From the IMG/VR virus record IMGVR_UViG_3300046675_000098: a stretch of DNA of 64,000 nt; one strand, written 5' to 3'. The DNA is from an uncultured virus (IMG/VR IMGVR_UViG_3300046675_000098). Taxonomy: Duplodnaviria > Heunggongvirae > Uroviricota > Caudoviricetes. This document shows positions 50,105-59,722 of the stretch, in pieces (positions within the stretch are counted from its first letter, which is position 1; each line of letters starts with the position of its first letter). A program made the position numbers and the translations under genes. The notes beneath the pieces are model-generated. The model searched no databases. It was not told where the DNA came from and worked only from the letters and a program-made list of their open reading frames with translations.

Positions 50105-50307
50105 TGCAACATCAAACCAATGGCGACCAGGCAGAGTCCAGCGTCCACCAGCGCCGGAGTCCAGCCCCAGTACGCCGCTCGTGGCTCAGGACCAGGGTTG
50201 CCCCCGAAGATGTGAGCGAGCGCCGCGATACCGAAGAGGATCGCTGCGATCAGAAAGAGAACATCAGCGGTGCCGGTGTTCCCTGATGCGATGTCAGCTA
50301 GCAACAT
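50101..50307 (-). CDS. Small two-TM membrane protein (holin candidate)
   Basis: Two hydrophobic helices, GGAGG RBS, near the endolysin. Confidence 0.55.
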   Translation of the reverse strand: MLLADIASGNTGTADVLFLIAAILFGIAALAHIFGGNPGPEPRAAYWGWTPALVDAGLCLVAIGLMLQ

Positions 50308-50315
50308 GGTTCCTC

Positions 50316-51230
50316 CTAGTGTCTCTCGTACTTGCGTCCGAGATGGCTGCGCCCCGAAGGGAACACTGCGTCCTGGTGTAGCTGGCTCTTGGCGGTGAGG
50401 CTGGTGTTCCCACCCGTCGCCTCGGCGTGAGCTTGAGCACGGTTCCAAGACCCTCGACCTGGTGCTGGCGAGCCCCAGTTGTCCCGGTCATCACTGGGAT
50501 CGTTGGGGTTGATGGGGAAGATCTTGTCGCCCACTGACCAGGGCATGAGCGACAACTGCTCCGGCGTCCGGCCCTTGGGCTGCGTCACTCGCTCCGTGTT
50601 GGTCTGCACCATCGACTTGGGCGTGATCTCCATGGCCGGATCGAACTGCTGTTGACTCAGCGCCACGTCGTGCGGATGCACTGCATAACCCTGGCTGTGC
50701 GCCTCGGCTACGTCCTGATGCCAGGCCCGGAGGTTCTGCGAGGGCCGTGGTACCAGCGCACTCTTGCTGCCGGTGTCCTCGAAGGCGTTGGGGTAGGCGA
50801 CGGGACGGCCAGCGCGCAGGTGCTGGGCGATCTGGGTCACCTCGGGAGCGTCCTTGATACTGGTCGCCATCGCCACGTCGTGCGGGTGGTACGTCAGCCC
50901 CGCCTGGGCGATGTTGAGGTTGGAGTCCGACGTGGTCTGCATGGCCGGGGTCTGGGTCATGCGCCGAGCCCAGATGCGCCCACCGCTAGGCATGTCACTC
51001 TGAGAAGACTTGTCCGTGGGTGACGTGTTGGCTGACACCTGAAGCAGCCGGTCTGAAGCTGCTGTCTGCGTGCCGACGTGGGCGTACTCCCCCTGCTGCC
51101 AGTCGGCACGGTGCGAGGCGTGGAACACGGTGCTGCGGCTCTTGGCCCACTGGTTGAAGGGAAGCTGCCCGGGATGCTCAGCAGCAGGCGCTGCCTGCCC
51201 TCCAAGGTCGAAGGAGAGTTGATCAGCCAT
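50316..51230 (-). CDS. Possible ART-fold protein
   Basis: VFHAS...AHVGT..AA...GRIW...YPNAFEDTGSKSALV resembles phage H-x-E ART-like domains. Confidence 0.45.
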   Translation of the reverse strand: MADQLSFDLGGQAAPAAEHPGQLPFNQWAKSRSTVFHASHRADWQQGEYAHVGTQTAASDRLLQVSANTSPTDKSSQSDMPSGGRIWARRMTQTPAMQTTSDSNLNIAQAGLTYHPHDVAMATSIKDAPEVTQIAQHLRAGRPVAYPNAFEDTGSKSALVPRPSQNLRAWHQDVAEAHSQGYAVHPHDVALSQQQFDPAMEITPKSMVQTNTERVTQPKGRTPEQLSLMPWSVGDKIFPINPNDPSDDRDNWGSPAPGRGSWNRAQAHAEATGGNTSLTAKSQLHQDAVFPSGRSHLGRKYERH

Positions 51231-51961
51231 CAGAACAACGTCCCCTGCTCAGGTTGGGGCTGCTCTGGTGCGGGCCGCGACCCACGGATCATGTTCCGAG
51301 CGGTGCTGCGCCCCTGCATCACCTCTTGGTGACTCAACCTCTCAGCCCCGGTGGGGTCGAACCCGACAGGATCGGTGCGGAACTGTGTCTGGTTGGTGAT
51401 GCTAGGCGCGTCCCCTCCAACGATGCCCCGACTCTGGAGATGCCCCACCAGGGCTGCGCTGTGCTGGGACAGGTCGGTGGAGGGTGTGAGGCTCCGGCCA
51501 TGCTCTTGAAGGGTCCGGTTCTGTGCGATGCCCAGCATCGTGAGGGTCATCGGCCGAGCTTCCTTGGTACCGATCATGGTGTGCACCGTGGACGAACCCG
51601 GCTTGTACTCCGTCCCGAAGAGCCTCTGCTGCCCACCCTCCAACACCGGCTTCATCAGTTCAGACTCAGCGTCGTTCATCCCCCCATGCTGAGCACGCTC
51701 CGCTACGTAGTCCTGAGGCAGGTCCGAGACGTGCCAACGACCACTGCCCTGACCACCACCGCTGCTCATGGCGTAGGAGTATTCGTCAGGCTGATGGAGC
51801 ACGTTCATCGTCTGATGAGCTTGGAAGCCACGCGGGGTCTGATGAACGTAGCTGTAGGTGTCGAGCCCGAGACCCGAGCTAGCTGAGAACTCAGACCGAG
51901 CGAACACAGCACGCTGCGACCTGGACCCGAAGCTCCCGAACTGTGAGCCCTTGGGGTTCAC
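51230..51961 (-). CDS. Hypothetical protein (MNPKGSQF...EQGTLF)
   Basis: 243-aa ORF with coupled start/stop. Confidence 0.65.
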   Translation of the reverse strand: MNPKGSQFGSFGSRSQRAVFARSEFSASSGLGLDTYSYVHQTPRGFQAHQTMNVLHQPDEYSYAMSSGGGQGSGRWHVSDLPQDYVAERAQHGGMNDAESELMKPVLEGGQQRLFGTEYKPGSSTVHTMIGTKEARPMTLTMLGIAQNRTLQEHGRSLTPSTDLSQHSAALVGHLQSRGIVGGDAPSITNQTQFRTDPVGFDPTGAERLSHQEVMQGRSTARNMIRGSRPAPEQPQPEQGTLF

Positions 51962-52158
51962 GTGCCCCGCTTCTTTCTCGTTGCCGCTGCCTTCTTGGCC
52001 ATGTCACTCCGGGCCTTCGGTCCCTTCGCCGCCTCGTTGCTGATCGCTGCCGCCTTGCTCTTGTTCGCCTGGGACTCCGGGTTCTTGCCCTGCTCCTTGA
52101 TGGCCTCGTACTGGTCCGGCTTCTTGATCGAAGGACCAGGGTCTTTCCCTCCGGGCAT
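51958..52158 (-). CDS. Small basic protein (GPSIK..YEA...KAAAISN type)
   Basis: Resembles small actinobacterial basic proteins; AGGAGG RBS. Confidence 0.6.
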   Translation of the reverse strand: MPGGKDPGPSIKKPDQYEAIKEQGKNPESQANKSKAAAISNEAAKGPKARSDMAKKAAATRKKRGT

Positions 52159-52369
52159 CAGATTCCTCCTTCTCCGTCTCGGTCCTCTGTTCCATGGACT
52201 GGATGTACAACACGAGGAACGCCCCAAGTAGGAGAGCGCCGAGGGTAAGGAGAACGGTGGCCGCACCGAGGTTGCCCTGCGGTCCGATGTCCGCAACCAA
52301 CCGCACTCCCGCGATGATGCAGACAGCGGCGACCAAGACGAGGGGCCACCTCCCCAGCGCCTTCCACAT
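52004..52369 (-). CDS. Two-TM membrane protein, holin candidate
   Basis: Two hydrophobic helices, immediately downstream of the amidase. Confidence 0.55.
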   Translation of the reverse strand: MWKALGRWPLVLVAAVCIIAGVRLVADIGPQGNLGAATVLLTLGALLLGAFLVLYIQSMEQRTETEKEESDARRERPWSFDQEAGPVRGHQGAGQEPGVPGEQEQGGSDQQRGGEGTEGPE

Positions 52370-52375
52370 CAGCCA

Positions 52376-53272
52376 TCAAGCACCCTGATAGAAGTTGTCA
52401 TCGGTCCAGTCCACCTTGTCACCAGTGGGCTTGGGGCCGACGAGGGTGATGGTGTTCAACTCAGCCTGCTTGCGATGGATGACGTCCGTCCCATCGATGC
52501 GAGGCGTGACGTTGTCAGGCTGGAAGCCGATCAGCTTGTTGAGTTCGGGTCCCAGGTAACGCATGAAGTGGATGATGCCTTTGTTGTCAGCGTCCCCGGC
52601 GAACCGGGCGTAGGCGTCGTCCACGATGATGAGGGTGTTCACGAGGTCGTTGCCTCCTGGTGTCGGCGTGGGGGTAGGTGCGGGAACATTCCCGGCCTGG
52701 ATGATGCTGGGTAGCAACGGATAGAGGACGTTGCCCGGGCACGCCGTGGCACCCACGTCCCGGTGTCCGTACCACCCAGGCTGCCCACGAGAGATGGCCC
52801 GTGCTAGCACGTCATCGGTGAGCCGTCCGCTGCCGACCATCCACGCCAGCCACGCCTGGAAGACAGCTACAGCCTCAGGTGTCGGCTCGTGGTTGTAAGG
52901 AGGGTGGAAGAAGCCGATGAAGCAGATGCCAATAGACGAGCTATTGAACGCCCGTCCCGTCGAGGGATCAGGCGCCACTGCATGGCAACCCCTGGTGTCA
53001 CCGAAGCCGCCATGGAGCACGCCAGTGGGGTAGACGAGATAGTTGTACTCGATGGCTGCACCGTCACGACCCTCTCCGTAGCTCTCGATCTGGCGGCTGA
53101 ACGCCTCCTCCTGGCCCGCAGGAGGCTGGTTCGAGGCCGAGTGATGCACGACCAGCTTGGTGCACGGCGTGATCGTGGGACGCCCGTTGGCAGGGTCGTA
53201 CCGGGAGGCGAAGCGAGCGCCCCAGTCAACCGGAGGGACAACGAAGGCCGGGGCGTCGGGACACCACGTCAC
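52376..53272 (-). CDS. N-acetylmuramoyl-L-alanine amidase (Amidase_2/PGRP) endolysin
   Basis: VVHHS, IEYNYLV, GCHA, NSSSIGICFIG, GHRDVGATACPG. Confidence 0.9.
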   Translation of the reverse strand: MTWCPDAPAFVVPPVDWGARFASRYDPANGRPTITPCTKLVVHHSASNQPPAGQEEAFSRQIESYGEGRDGAAIEYNYLVYPTGVLHGGFGDTRGCHAVAPDPSTGRAFNSSSIGICFIGFFHPPYNHEPTPEAVAVFQAWLAWMVGSGRLTDDVLARAISRGQPGWYGHRDVGATACPGNVLYPLLPSIIQAGNVPAPTPTPTPGGNDLVNTLIIVDDAYARFAGDADNKGIIHFMRYLGPELNKLIGFQPDNVTPRIDGTDVIHRKQAELNTITLVGPKPTGDKVDWTDDNFYQGA

Positions 53273-53408
53273 TCCTCCTCCTCCTCGGGGCTCACCTGGC
53301 CGTACTCGTCCTCGTCGTACACTTCCAAGGGCACTGACACTGACGGGTCGTCACCCTTGTCAGTGTCAGTGCTCTCTTCACGCCGACGCGGTGGCAGTCG
53401 TTGACTCA

Positions 53409-53963
53409 TCACATCCTCCCTTGTCCGGCGTACGAGACGCCGACCTGGGCTCGTCCGGTGCTCCACGGTGGAGCCTGTGCCATCAGCGCACCGCGACGAT
53501 CGGGATTGATGGGGCTCCACGCCACCGTGCGACCACGTGGGATGCCACGAGGACCCACCGTCTGCTGGTCCCACTTCGCGTCGCCCGTCACCTCGGCTCC
53601 AAGGCCTGGCGGGGCGAACTTCACCCCTGCTGACTCCATCATGAGCCCAGTCATGGGGCCGAACTCGACGGGCCAGAAGTAGTCCGAACCGTCGATCTTC
53701 TCGCCCTTGTGCACACCCCTCGCGTAGGGCCGCTTCTGCGACCGGTCGATGAGGTTCTGCTCCAAGCGATCACGACGCCGGGACTCCAAGGTGCCCAGGT
53801 AGCCGTCCGGATACGTGGCCTCCGGCGTAGCCCGCCACGCCGAGCGCTTCTCATCGAGCACGCTGCGGAAGTACGGCTGCGGCCCGCCCATCGTGGGCAC
53901 GTTGAACGGAGCATCACCAGCAGGGTAGGCCCGTGATTCTTGCCACTGAGAGAAGCTAGGCAT
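53409..53963 (-). CDS. Hypothetical protein
   Basis: 184 aa, YPDGYLGT...RGVHKGEKID. Confidence 0.7.
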   Translation of the reverse strand: MPSFSQWQESRAYPAGDAPFNVPTMGGPQPYFRSVLDEKRSAWRATPEATYPDGYLGTLESRRRDRLEQNLIDRSQKRPYARGVHKGEKIDGSDYFWPVEFGPMTGLMMESAGVKFAPPGLGAEVTGDAKWDQQTVGPRGIPRGRTVAWSPINPDRRGALMAQAPPWSTGRAQVGVSYAGQGRM

Positions 53964-54040
53964 CTACCAGCACCTTCCCGCTGGCCCTGTCCGTGATTGT
54001 TACGTCATCAAGTGATCCATACTTGCCGCGGGATACTACC

Positions 54041-57000
54041 TCAGGTGCGGATGATGTAGTTGACCGTGAGGTACGGCTGCACGTTGTCGCCCGAACCTTG
54101 GGCACTGATGCCGTGGAGATGGTCCGGCGCTCCCTGACCAGCGTCGGTCCAGCCGCTCACGCTGTGGGCGTGGTCTGCTGACTCAGTTCCAGTAGCAGCA
54201 CTGACCTCAAAGATGCTGCGAGGTCCAGTGGTCACACCGAGAGTGCCTGCACCACCCTGAGCAAGGAGATTCGTGCTCTGGTTCCCGGCGTTGTGATAGT
54301 GCGCGGCGTTCCGGCCCGCGGTGGCGAAGTTGCTGGAGTGCTGATGAGCGAGCGAGCGGTCAGACGCTCCCGTATAGCCACTGTGGTTGTGTGAGGGCAT
54401 GGTGGCCACGGTGGTACCACCAGCCTGCCCAAGAGCGGCGAAGTACCCGCCGTCCCTACCGACCGGGACCCGTCCGTTCAGGTTCGGGACGTTGAACGTT
54501 GTTGAGCCATCACCGGCGCCGTATGCGGTACCACACACTGCGAACAGAGCAGCGTAAGTAGTGCGGCTCCGAGCAGCACCGTCACACATCAGGTAGTTCG
54601 TCGGGGCTGTGCTCCCAGCGAAGGCCTGGATCACTCCGGTCGGCTGGTCAGGACCAGGAGGACCCACCGGCCCGCCAGGGTCACCCTTGTCCCCCTTGTC
54701 TCCCTTCGCACCACCCACTGGTATGACGGAAGCGAACGAACTCCCCCCACCGAGAGGGATACCCACGGCATTGGCGATGTTCGCCGTGAACGTGAGGTAG
54801 TCACCTATCTGCATGTCGAACTGGCCGACAGCAGTCGCTTCCAGGTAGGTGCTCGCTGGACCTCCCGGCCCGACCACCGTCGCGATGGCCTGCTGGGTCC
54901 CGGCAGCGTTGTAGTGGATGATGCCCGCTCTGGTGTACTGAACCGCTGCGGTGGACCCGTTCCATGCCACCACCAGAGTCGCCTGGTACCGTCCCTGCGC
55001 CTGGGCGACAACCTGCCTGTTGCTACCCGCCAACGTGAACGAAGTGGCACGTGTCGTCGCCCAGTCCAACGTGTATGTCACGTCGGTACCAGGAGCAGCA
55101 GGCGTGGTCGCCACTGCACCGAACCAGGAACCACCAACGTTGGTGGCACTACCAGGCAGGCCAGGCGCTCCAGGATCACCCTTCATACTGCTCAGGTCTT
55201 CCAGCATGAACCGACTGCCACCATCGGTCCACACCACGCACGTAGTGCTCGACCCGGTTCCTCCTACGCCCAAGGTGTAGATGCCATCGACACTGACGGT
55301 GATCTCCCACTCCCAGTTGATGGCGCCGTAGGTCTGCCCCGCCTTGAAGTACGCGTCCAGGCTGGCTGTAACGGTGCCCGGACCGGTGGCTGTTGACATA
55401 CCAAGGCGCACGTACTGCGCCCAGTCGCCGTTCGTGTGGAAGGCACGGCTGTTGACTGATCCCCGATACCTGACCCCGGCACGCAGGAAGACGTTGCTGA
55501 TCCGGTACATCTCCGTGCCCGGATACGTCGTGGAGAGAGTGAGACCAGCTATCGAGCCGTAGGCGATACCGATGACGCGAGAGAACTGCTGGGCCTGGGC
55601 GCTGCTGAAGATCGACCCCATGTCCACCCAGACCGAGCCGTTCCAGGTCCACAGATGCTGTGAGTCCGAGGCCAACCAGGTGTCATTGATGTTGGCTGTC
55701 AACGGAAGGGTGTTGTAGGTAGTAACGGTACCTTTCACATTGATGCTGGCGCCTTGCGGCCCTGACCCAGCCCGCCAGATCGCCATCGCAGGACTAGTCG
55801 GATCAGTACCAGTACCTGCTGTGACAGTACCGAGTGTGAAGTTCGACCCGGCCTCGTGATAGAAGGCCAGCGCCACCTGATCGCCCTGGTTCAGACGTAG
55901 CTGACCGGAGATGGTGATTGACTCGTAGGCATGCTGCCGATTCGCCATGCTCCGAATCGCTACGACGCCGTTCACTCGAATGGCGAGGAAGGAACCTGCC
56001 GGGAAGACAACACCTGACGTACAGATCCACCCAGTGACGTCATACACACCAGTCGCCGGGATCGATATGCGTGTCGAGGTACCGTCAGGGGTGTAGGTGC
56101 TACCAAGTGCTACGTCCGTGGTGGGCAGAGCAAGCTCTGTCACCGTCGTGGTGGGGATCACATACGCCGTAGAAGCTCGCCGTCTGAACCCATCGAACGT
56201 GCCACCCGGAGGGCCAGGGTCACCCTTGGTGCCGCCTACTGGTGTGATCTCCAACCAACTTGAGGTGACGTTGATGGTGAAGGCAGCGTTCGGGTTGACG
56301 AAGATCTGGATGATGTCCCCGACAGCACAGTCGAGGATTGTCTCGCCCGTCGCCACCGTCCACATCCCGTTGGCACCCAGCGGATTGTTCTGCCCTCGCG
56401 TCGCCTTGACCGTAGCTGTTGAGTCAAGATGACTTATCTGTGTGGAGATGATGGTTCCCGCACCACCGGAGTACCCACTGATCTGTGCTGCTACCCGGTA
56501 CTTCCCCGCCTGCGTAACAATGATATTGGTACCACTAGCGTTGAAGGTGAAGCCGTTGTTCTGGATGGTGGGGTACAGCCACCAGATGACGTTCTGCGTG
56601 TTGGCAGACATGGCTGGTGTACTGCTGCTCGCCTGGGCGTAGAAGTAGCTCGACTGAGCCTGCACGACACTGGGACCGACGTCACCCTTAGAACCACCGA
56701 CCGGGATGATCGAGATAGACGTACCCGTAGTACTGATAGTTGCGCCCGCCCCATTCGGCTGCCATGACGCAACGATGTAGTCACCCACAGACATGCTGAA
56801 CTGCGCTTCATGGCTGGGGCTAGTCCAGCCAGCCGCCGCCATCTGCGTGCCAACAAGATCATGCTGTGCGATCAACGATCCGATCGAGTTGAACTGCTCC
56901 AACCGAAGCTGGGCGTAGTTCATCGCGATGGAGTTGTTGACACTGGCCTCCACCTGCACCCGGTACCGGCCAGCCTGACTGGCGGTGACCCGCTGGTTCG

Positions 57001-57793
57001 ACCCCGCCAGGGTGAAGTTGTTGAGGAAGGAGGCGGGTGGGCTGGCAACCGCCCAAGTGATGATGTTCCAGGCCCCCGACGTATTCCCCGCCGACGCCAA
57101 CGCGAGGTAGGCGTAGCTCGACTGCACCAACGTGACGTCAGGACCCTGCGGTCCCGTCAAACCAGCCGGACCTATCGCTCCCGACTCAGACGTGACAGTG
57201 ATCTGGCCTCGATTAACGGCGTACGTTCCCGCCGTGACCTGAGTGAGACGTACTTGCACCGTGATCGTACGATCACTCGGGCCGCACGAGACGATGCCAG
57301 AGCCAGCGAAGGTGGACCACCCGCTTGCTACGGCGCACGTGCCACCGATCTGCAAGCCCGGGATCGTCGTGTTCGGGGCCTGCATGTCGTAGGACTGAAG
57401 ATCGGTGGTGCCGTTGAGCGTGCTCGCGGTACCAACCACATCAACGTAGACGTTGTAGTCCGTGAGCGCCTTGCCCGCCCATGTCACAGTGCCGATCACG
57501 GTGGCGGTGGTACCAATGGCTGCTGAAGGGACCAATGCCTGCTGCGCGACCAGTGTGGTACCTGATGCCCCACTAGCCGGTGTAGCCCACGTCGTGTCGT
57601 AGTCAGTAGCCGAGCCCTTGACCAGCGCCTGACCTACCGTGCCTCCCGGTGGCACAGTGACTCGGCACCACCGCGTGCCGTCCGAAACGTACACACAGTC
57701 GTCAGTCGTGTTGTAGTACGTGTCACCGTTCGGACCTACCGGAGGAGCGGTAGCCCAAGGCGCAGCGTTGGTAGGTCCGTACTCTCGGGGCAT
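54041..57793 (-). CDS. Tail fibre with repeated beta modules, short collagen linkers and tail-collar domain
   Basis: G-x-y linkers (KGDPGPPG), PTGVIQAFAGSTAPTNYLMCDG...FNVPNLNGRVPVG collar, QPYLTVNYIIRT end. Confidence 0.88.
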   Translation of the reverse strand: MPREYGPTNAAPWATAPPVGPNGDTYYNTTDDCVYVSDGTRWCRVTVPPGGTVGQALVKGSATDYDTTWATPASGASGTTLVAQQALVPSAAIGTTATVIGTVTWAGKALTDYNVYVDVVGTASTLNGTTDLQSYDMQAPNTTIPGLQIGGTCAVASGWSTFAGSGIVSCGPSDRTITVQVRLTQVTAGTYAVNRGQITVTSESGAIGPAGLTGPQGPDVTLVQSSYAYLALASAGNTSGAWNIITWAVASPPASFLNNFTLAGSNQRVTASQAGRYRVQVEASVNNSIAMNYAQLRLEQFNSIGSLIAQHDLVGTQMAAAGWTSPSHEAQFSMSVGDYIVASWQPNGAGATISTTGTSISIIPVGGSKGDVGPSVVQAQSSYFYAQASSSTPAMSANTQNVIWWLYPTIQNNGFTFNASGTNIIVTQAGKYRVAAQISGYSGGAGTIISTQISHLDSTATVKATRGQNNPLGANGMWTVATGETILDCAVGDIIQIFVNPNAAFTINVTSSWLEITPVGGTKGDPGPPGGTFDGFRRRASTAYVIPTTTVTELALPTTDVALGSTYTPDGTSTRISIPATGVYDVTGWICTSGVVFPAGSFLAIRVNGVVAIRSMANRQHAYESITISGQLRLNQGDQVALAFYHEAGSNFTLGTVTAGTGTDPTSPAMAIWRAGSGPQGASINVKGTVTTYNTLPLTANINDTWLASDSQHLWTWNGSVWVDMGSIFSSAQAQQFSRVIGIAYGSIAGLTLSTTYPGTEMYRISNVFLRAGVRYRGSVNSRAFHTNGDWAQYVRLGMSTATGPGTVTASLDAYFKAGQTYGAINWEWEITVSVDGIYTLGVGGTGSSTTCVVWTDGGSRFMLEDLSSMKGDPGAPGLPGSATNVGGSWFGAVATTPAAPGTDVTYTLDWATTRATSFTLAGSNRQVVAQAQGRYQATLVVAWNGSTAAVQYTRAGIIHYNAAGTQQAIATVVGPGGPASTYLEATAVGQFDMQIGDYLTFTANIANAVGIPLGGGSSFASVIPVGGAKGDKGDKGDPGGPVGPPGPDQPTGVIQAFAGSTAPTNYLMCDGAARSRTTYAALFAVCGTAYGAGDGSTTFNVPNLNGRVPVGRDGGYFAALGQAGGTTVATMPSHNHSGYTGASDRSLAHQHSSNFATAGRNAAHYHNAGNQSTNLLAQGGAGTLGVTTGPRSIFEVSAATGTESADHAHSVSGWTDAGQGAPDHLHGISAQGSGDNVQPYLTVNYIIRT

Positions 57794-59712
57794 CAGCCAG
57801 CGACCACTACTCGATACCCGGCTCCAAGGTTCGGGTTGTAGCGGATCGTTGCTGTGTTGACAGAGGTGGCATCCCAATCCACCGAGACAGCAGTGAACGG
57901 AGTGGCACCATTCAGTACCGTCAACTGGATGTCCCTGGTGTTCAGGTTGTGGGTGACCACCTCAGGGCTGGACGTGCCAGCGAGCGCCGCCGCGAACTTG
58001 GTGGCGTACACGGTGGGCGTCACCCACTGCGTGTCGAAGTCCGTAGCCGACTTCTTGGCGAGCACCTGATTGATAGCACCACCTGCTACCACCGCATCGA
58101 GCTTGACCCACGGTGACCAGAAGCTCGCCCGCTGGCCTCGATACCAGACGCCTTGACTGGTACCACCCGTTCCCTCGCTCTGCCAGATCTGTGAGCAGTA
58201 GGTACCGCCACCGTTAATGGGCTGCGTAACGATCAGCACACCCGAGCTACCGATCGACGTCGGAGGAGCGTTGGTGTTCGGGGTCGAGATGTTGTAGATG
58301 CCGGTCTGCGTGAGCGTGTTGAAGTCCACGTTCCCCGGCTGGAGCGGAGGCCCGAGGACACTGTCCCATCCCACTGCATAGTTCGTGGCCGACGTCTTGA
58401 CGAGCGCCTGGGTGATCGTGCCAGCAGTTGGCAGGATGACCGAAGGGTTGACGTGGATCTCGTCGGCGTTGACGACAATGGTTGAGTCACCAGCGATAAC
58501 GTTGAGGGTGGCATCAGCCGAGAGCGCACCACCACCGGTCAGACCAGCACCAGCGATGACTTGCCGAGAGGTCGGCACATAACTGGCGAGCGAGGCCACC
58601 GAGGCAATCACACTCGTGTTCACGTGTAGCTCATCAGCGTTGACGAGGAGACTGGTGTCCCCGGCGATGACGTTGAGCGTGTTGCCGCTCTGCGTCATAC
58701 CGGCGCCAGCGGTTACCGTCCCACCGCCTGCGAACTGCGCCCAGAACATGTTGTCGGTGCCCAACACGAAGCCTGGGTTGTTGGTGCAGACCCAGGCCGT
58801 GTCGGCGTAGAGCGTGCCTTCCTCCACGAACACCGCGGCACCTGGTATCTCAGTCGAGGAGTTGGCGTCCTGTGCTCGTGCCCACGCTCCCACCGCCGCT
58901 ACGTAGATGCCGTTCTGAGCAGCGTTGACCCCAGTCCAACCCCGAGACAACACCCGATCACCAGCCGCCAACACCACCCCATCAAGCGTGCTCAACCCGG
59001 TCAGGGTGACAGGGGAGCCAGGAGCATCAGTAGCCCGCACCGCTTGCTTCCAAGACAGCCCCGCCACGGCGTTGTCCACGTAGCTCTTGTTGGTGGCGTC
59101 ACCGACGCTGACCGGGGTAGCAACGTTGGTGATCAACTGGTTCTGCATGTTGAGTGCACCATTCACCGCCAGAGCGTTGAGATGGATAGCACCATGCTCA
59201 GTATCACCGTGCGGAGGAGAACCGTGGTTGTGATCCTGTCGGGCGACCACGTTCGATGCACCCTGCGACCCAACAGATCCAGATGTCGTGAGAGCGGGGA
59301 TGGCGGTGAACGTGGTCGCCCACGGCGCAGTGCCGTGCACGTGATCAGAACGAGCAACCGTGGTCGAGGCACCCGGAGCAGTGGAGTTACCAGGCCAAGC
59401 CAGAGTGGTGTCAACACCGAAGGCCTCTCGACCATGCTTGTGATCCTCCCGAGCGTAGTTGGTGCCGGTACCAACGACAGGAGCATCACCGACCGCCTGG
59501 GTGGTGACAGTGGCCGCAGGGATGGCTCCTGCTGCCGCCTGCGCCGCGATCCACTGCGAGCCGTTGTACCAGTACAGGACGTTGGCGGTGGTGTTGTAGT
59601 ACACCTGCCCCAGCACTGGAGCCGGAGCGGTGGGCGCGTTCGGGAGGTTCTGGACCCGAGCGTTGCGTAGCTCGTTCTGGGAGAGATCGATGGCGCCGTA
59701 GAACGTGGGCAT
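57793..59712 (-). CDS. Tail fibre / minor tail protein
   Basis: DATNKSYVD, LAAGDRVL..QNGIY, AGAGLTGGG, DFNTLTQTGIY, VTHNLNT motifs. Confidence 0.85.
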   Translation of the reverse strand: MPTFYGAIDLSQNELRNARVQNLPNAPTAPAPVLGQVYYNTTANVLYWYNGSQWIAAQAAAGAIPAATVTTQAVGDAPVVGTGTNYAREDHKHGREAFGVDTTLAWPGNSTAPGASTTVARSDHVHGTAPWATTFTAIPALTTSGSVGSQGASNVVARQDHNHGSPPHGDTEHGAIHLNALAVNGALNMQNQLITNVATPVSVGDATNKSYVDNAVAGLSWKQAVRATDAPGSPVTLTGLSTLDGVVLAAGDRVLSRGWTGVNAAQNGIYVAAVGAWARAQDANSSTEIPGAAVFVEEGTLYADTAWVCTNNPGFVLGTDNMFWAQFAGGGTVTAGAGMTQSGNTLNVIAGDTSLLVNADELHVNTSVIASVASLASYVPTSRQVIAGAGLTGGGALSADATLNVIAGDSTIVVNADEIHVNPSVILPTAGTITQALVKTSATNYAVGWDSVLGPPLQPGNVDFNTLTQTGIYNISTPNTNAPPTSIGSSGVLIVTQPINGGGTYCSQIWQSEGTGGTSQGVWYRGQRASFWSPWVKLDAVVAGGAINQVLAKKSATDFDTQWVTPTVYATKFAAALAGTSSPEVVTHNLNTRDIQLTVLNGATPFTAVSVDWDATSVNTATIRYNPNLGAGYRVVVAG

Positions 59713-59722
59713 GGCGGGTCTC

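Noticed and set aside
54041..59712. Diversity-generating retroelement acting on the tail fibres
   Set aside because: There is no reverse transcriptase and no visible template/variable repeat pair in the window.
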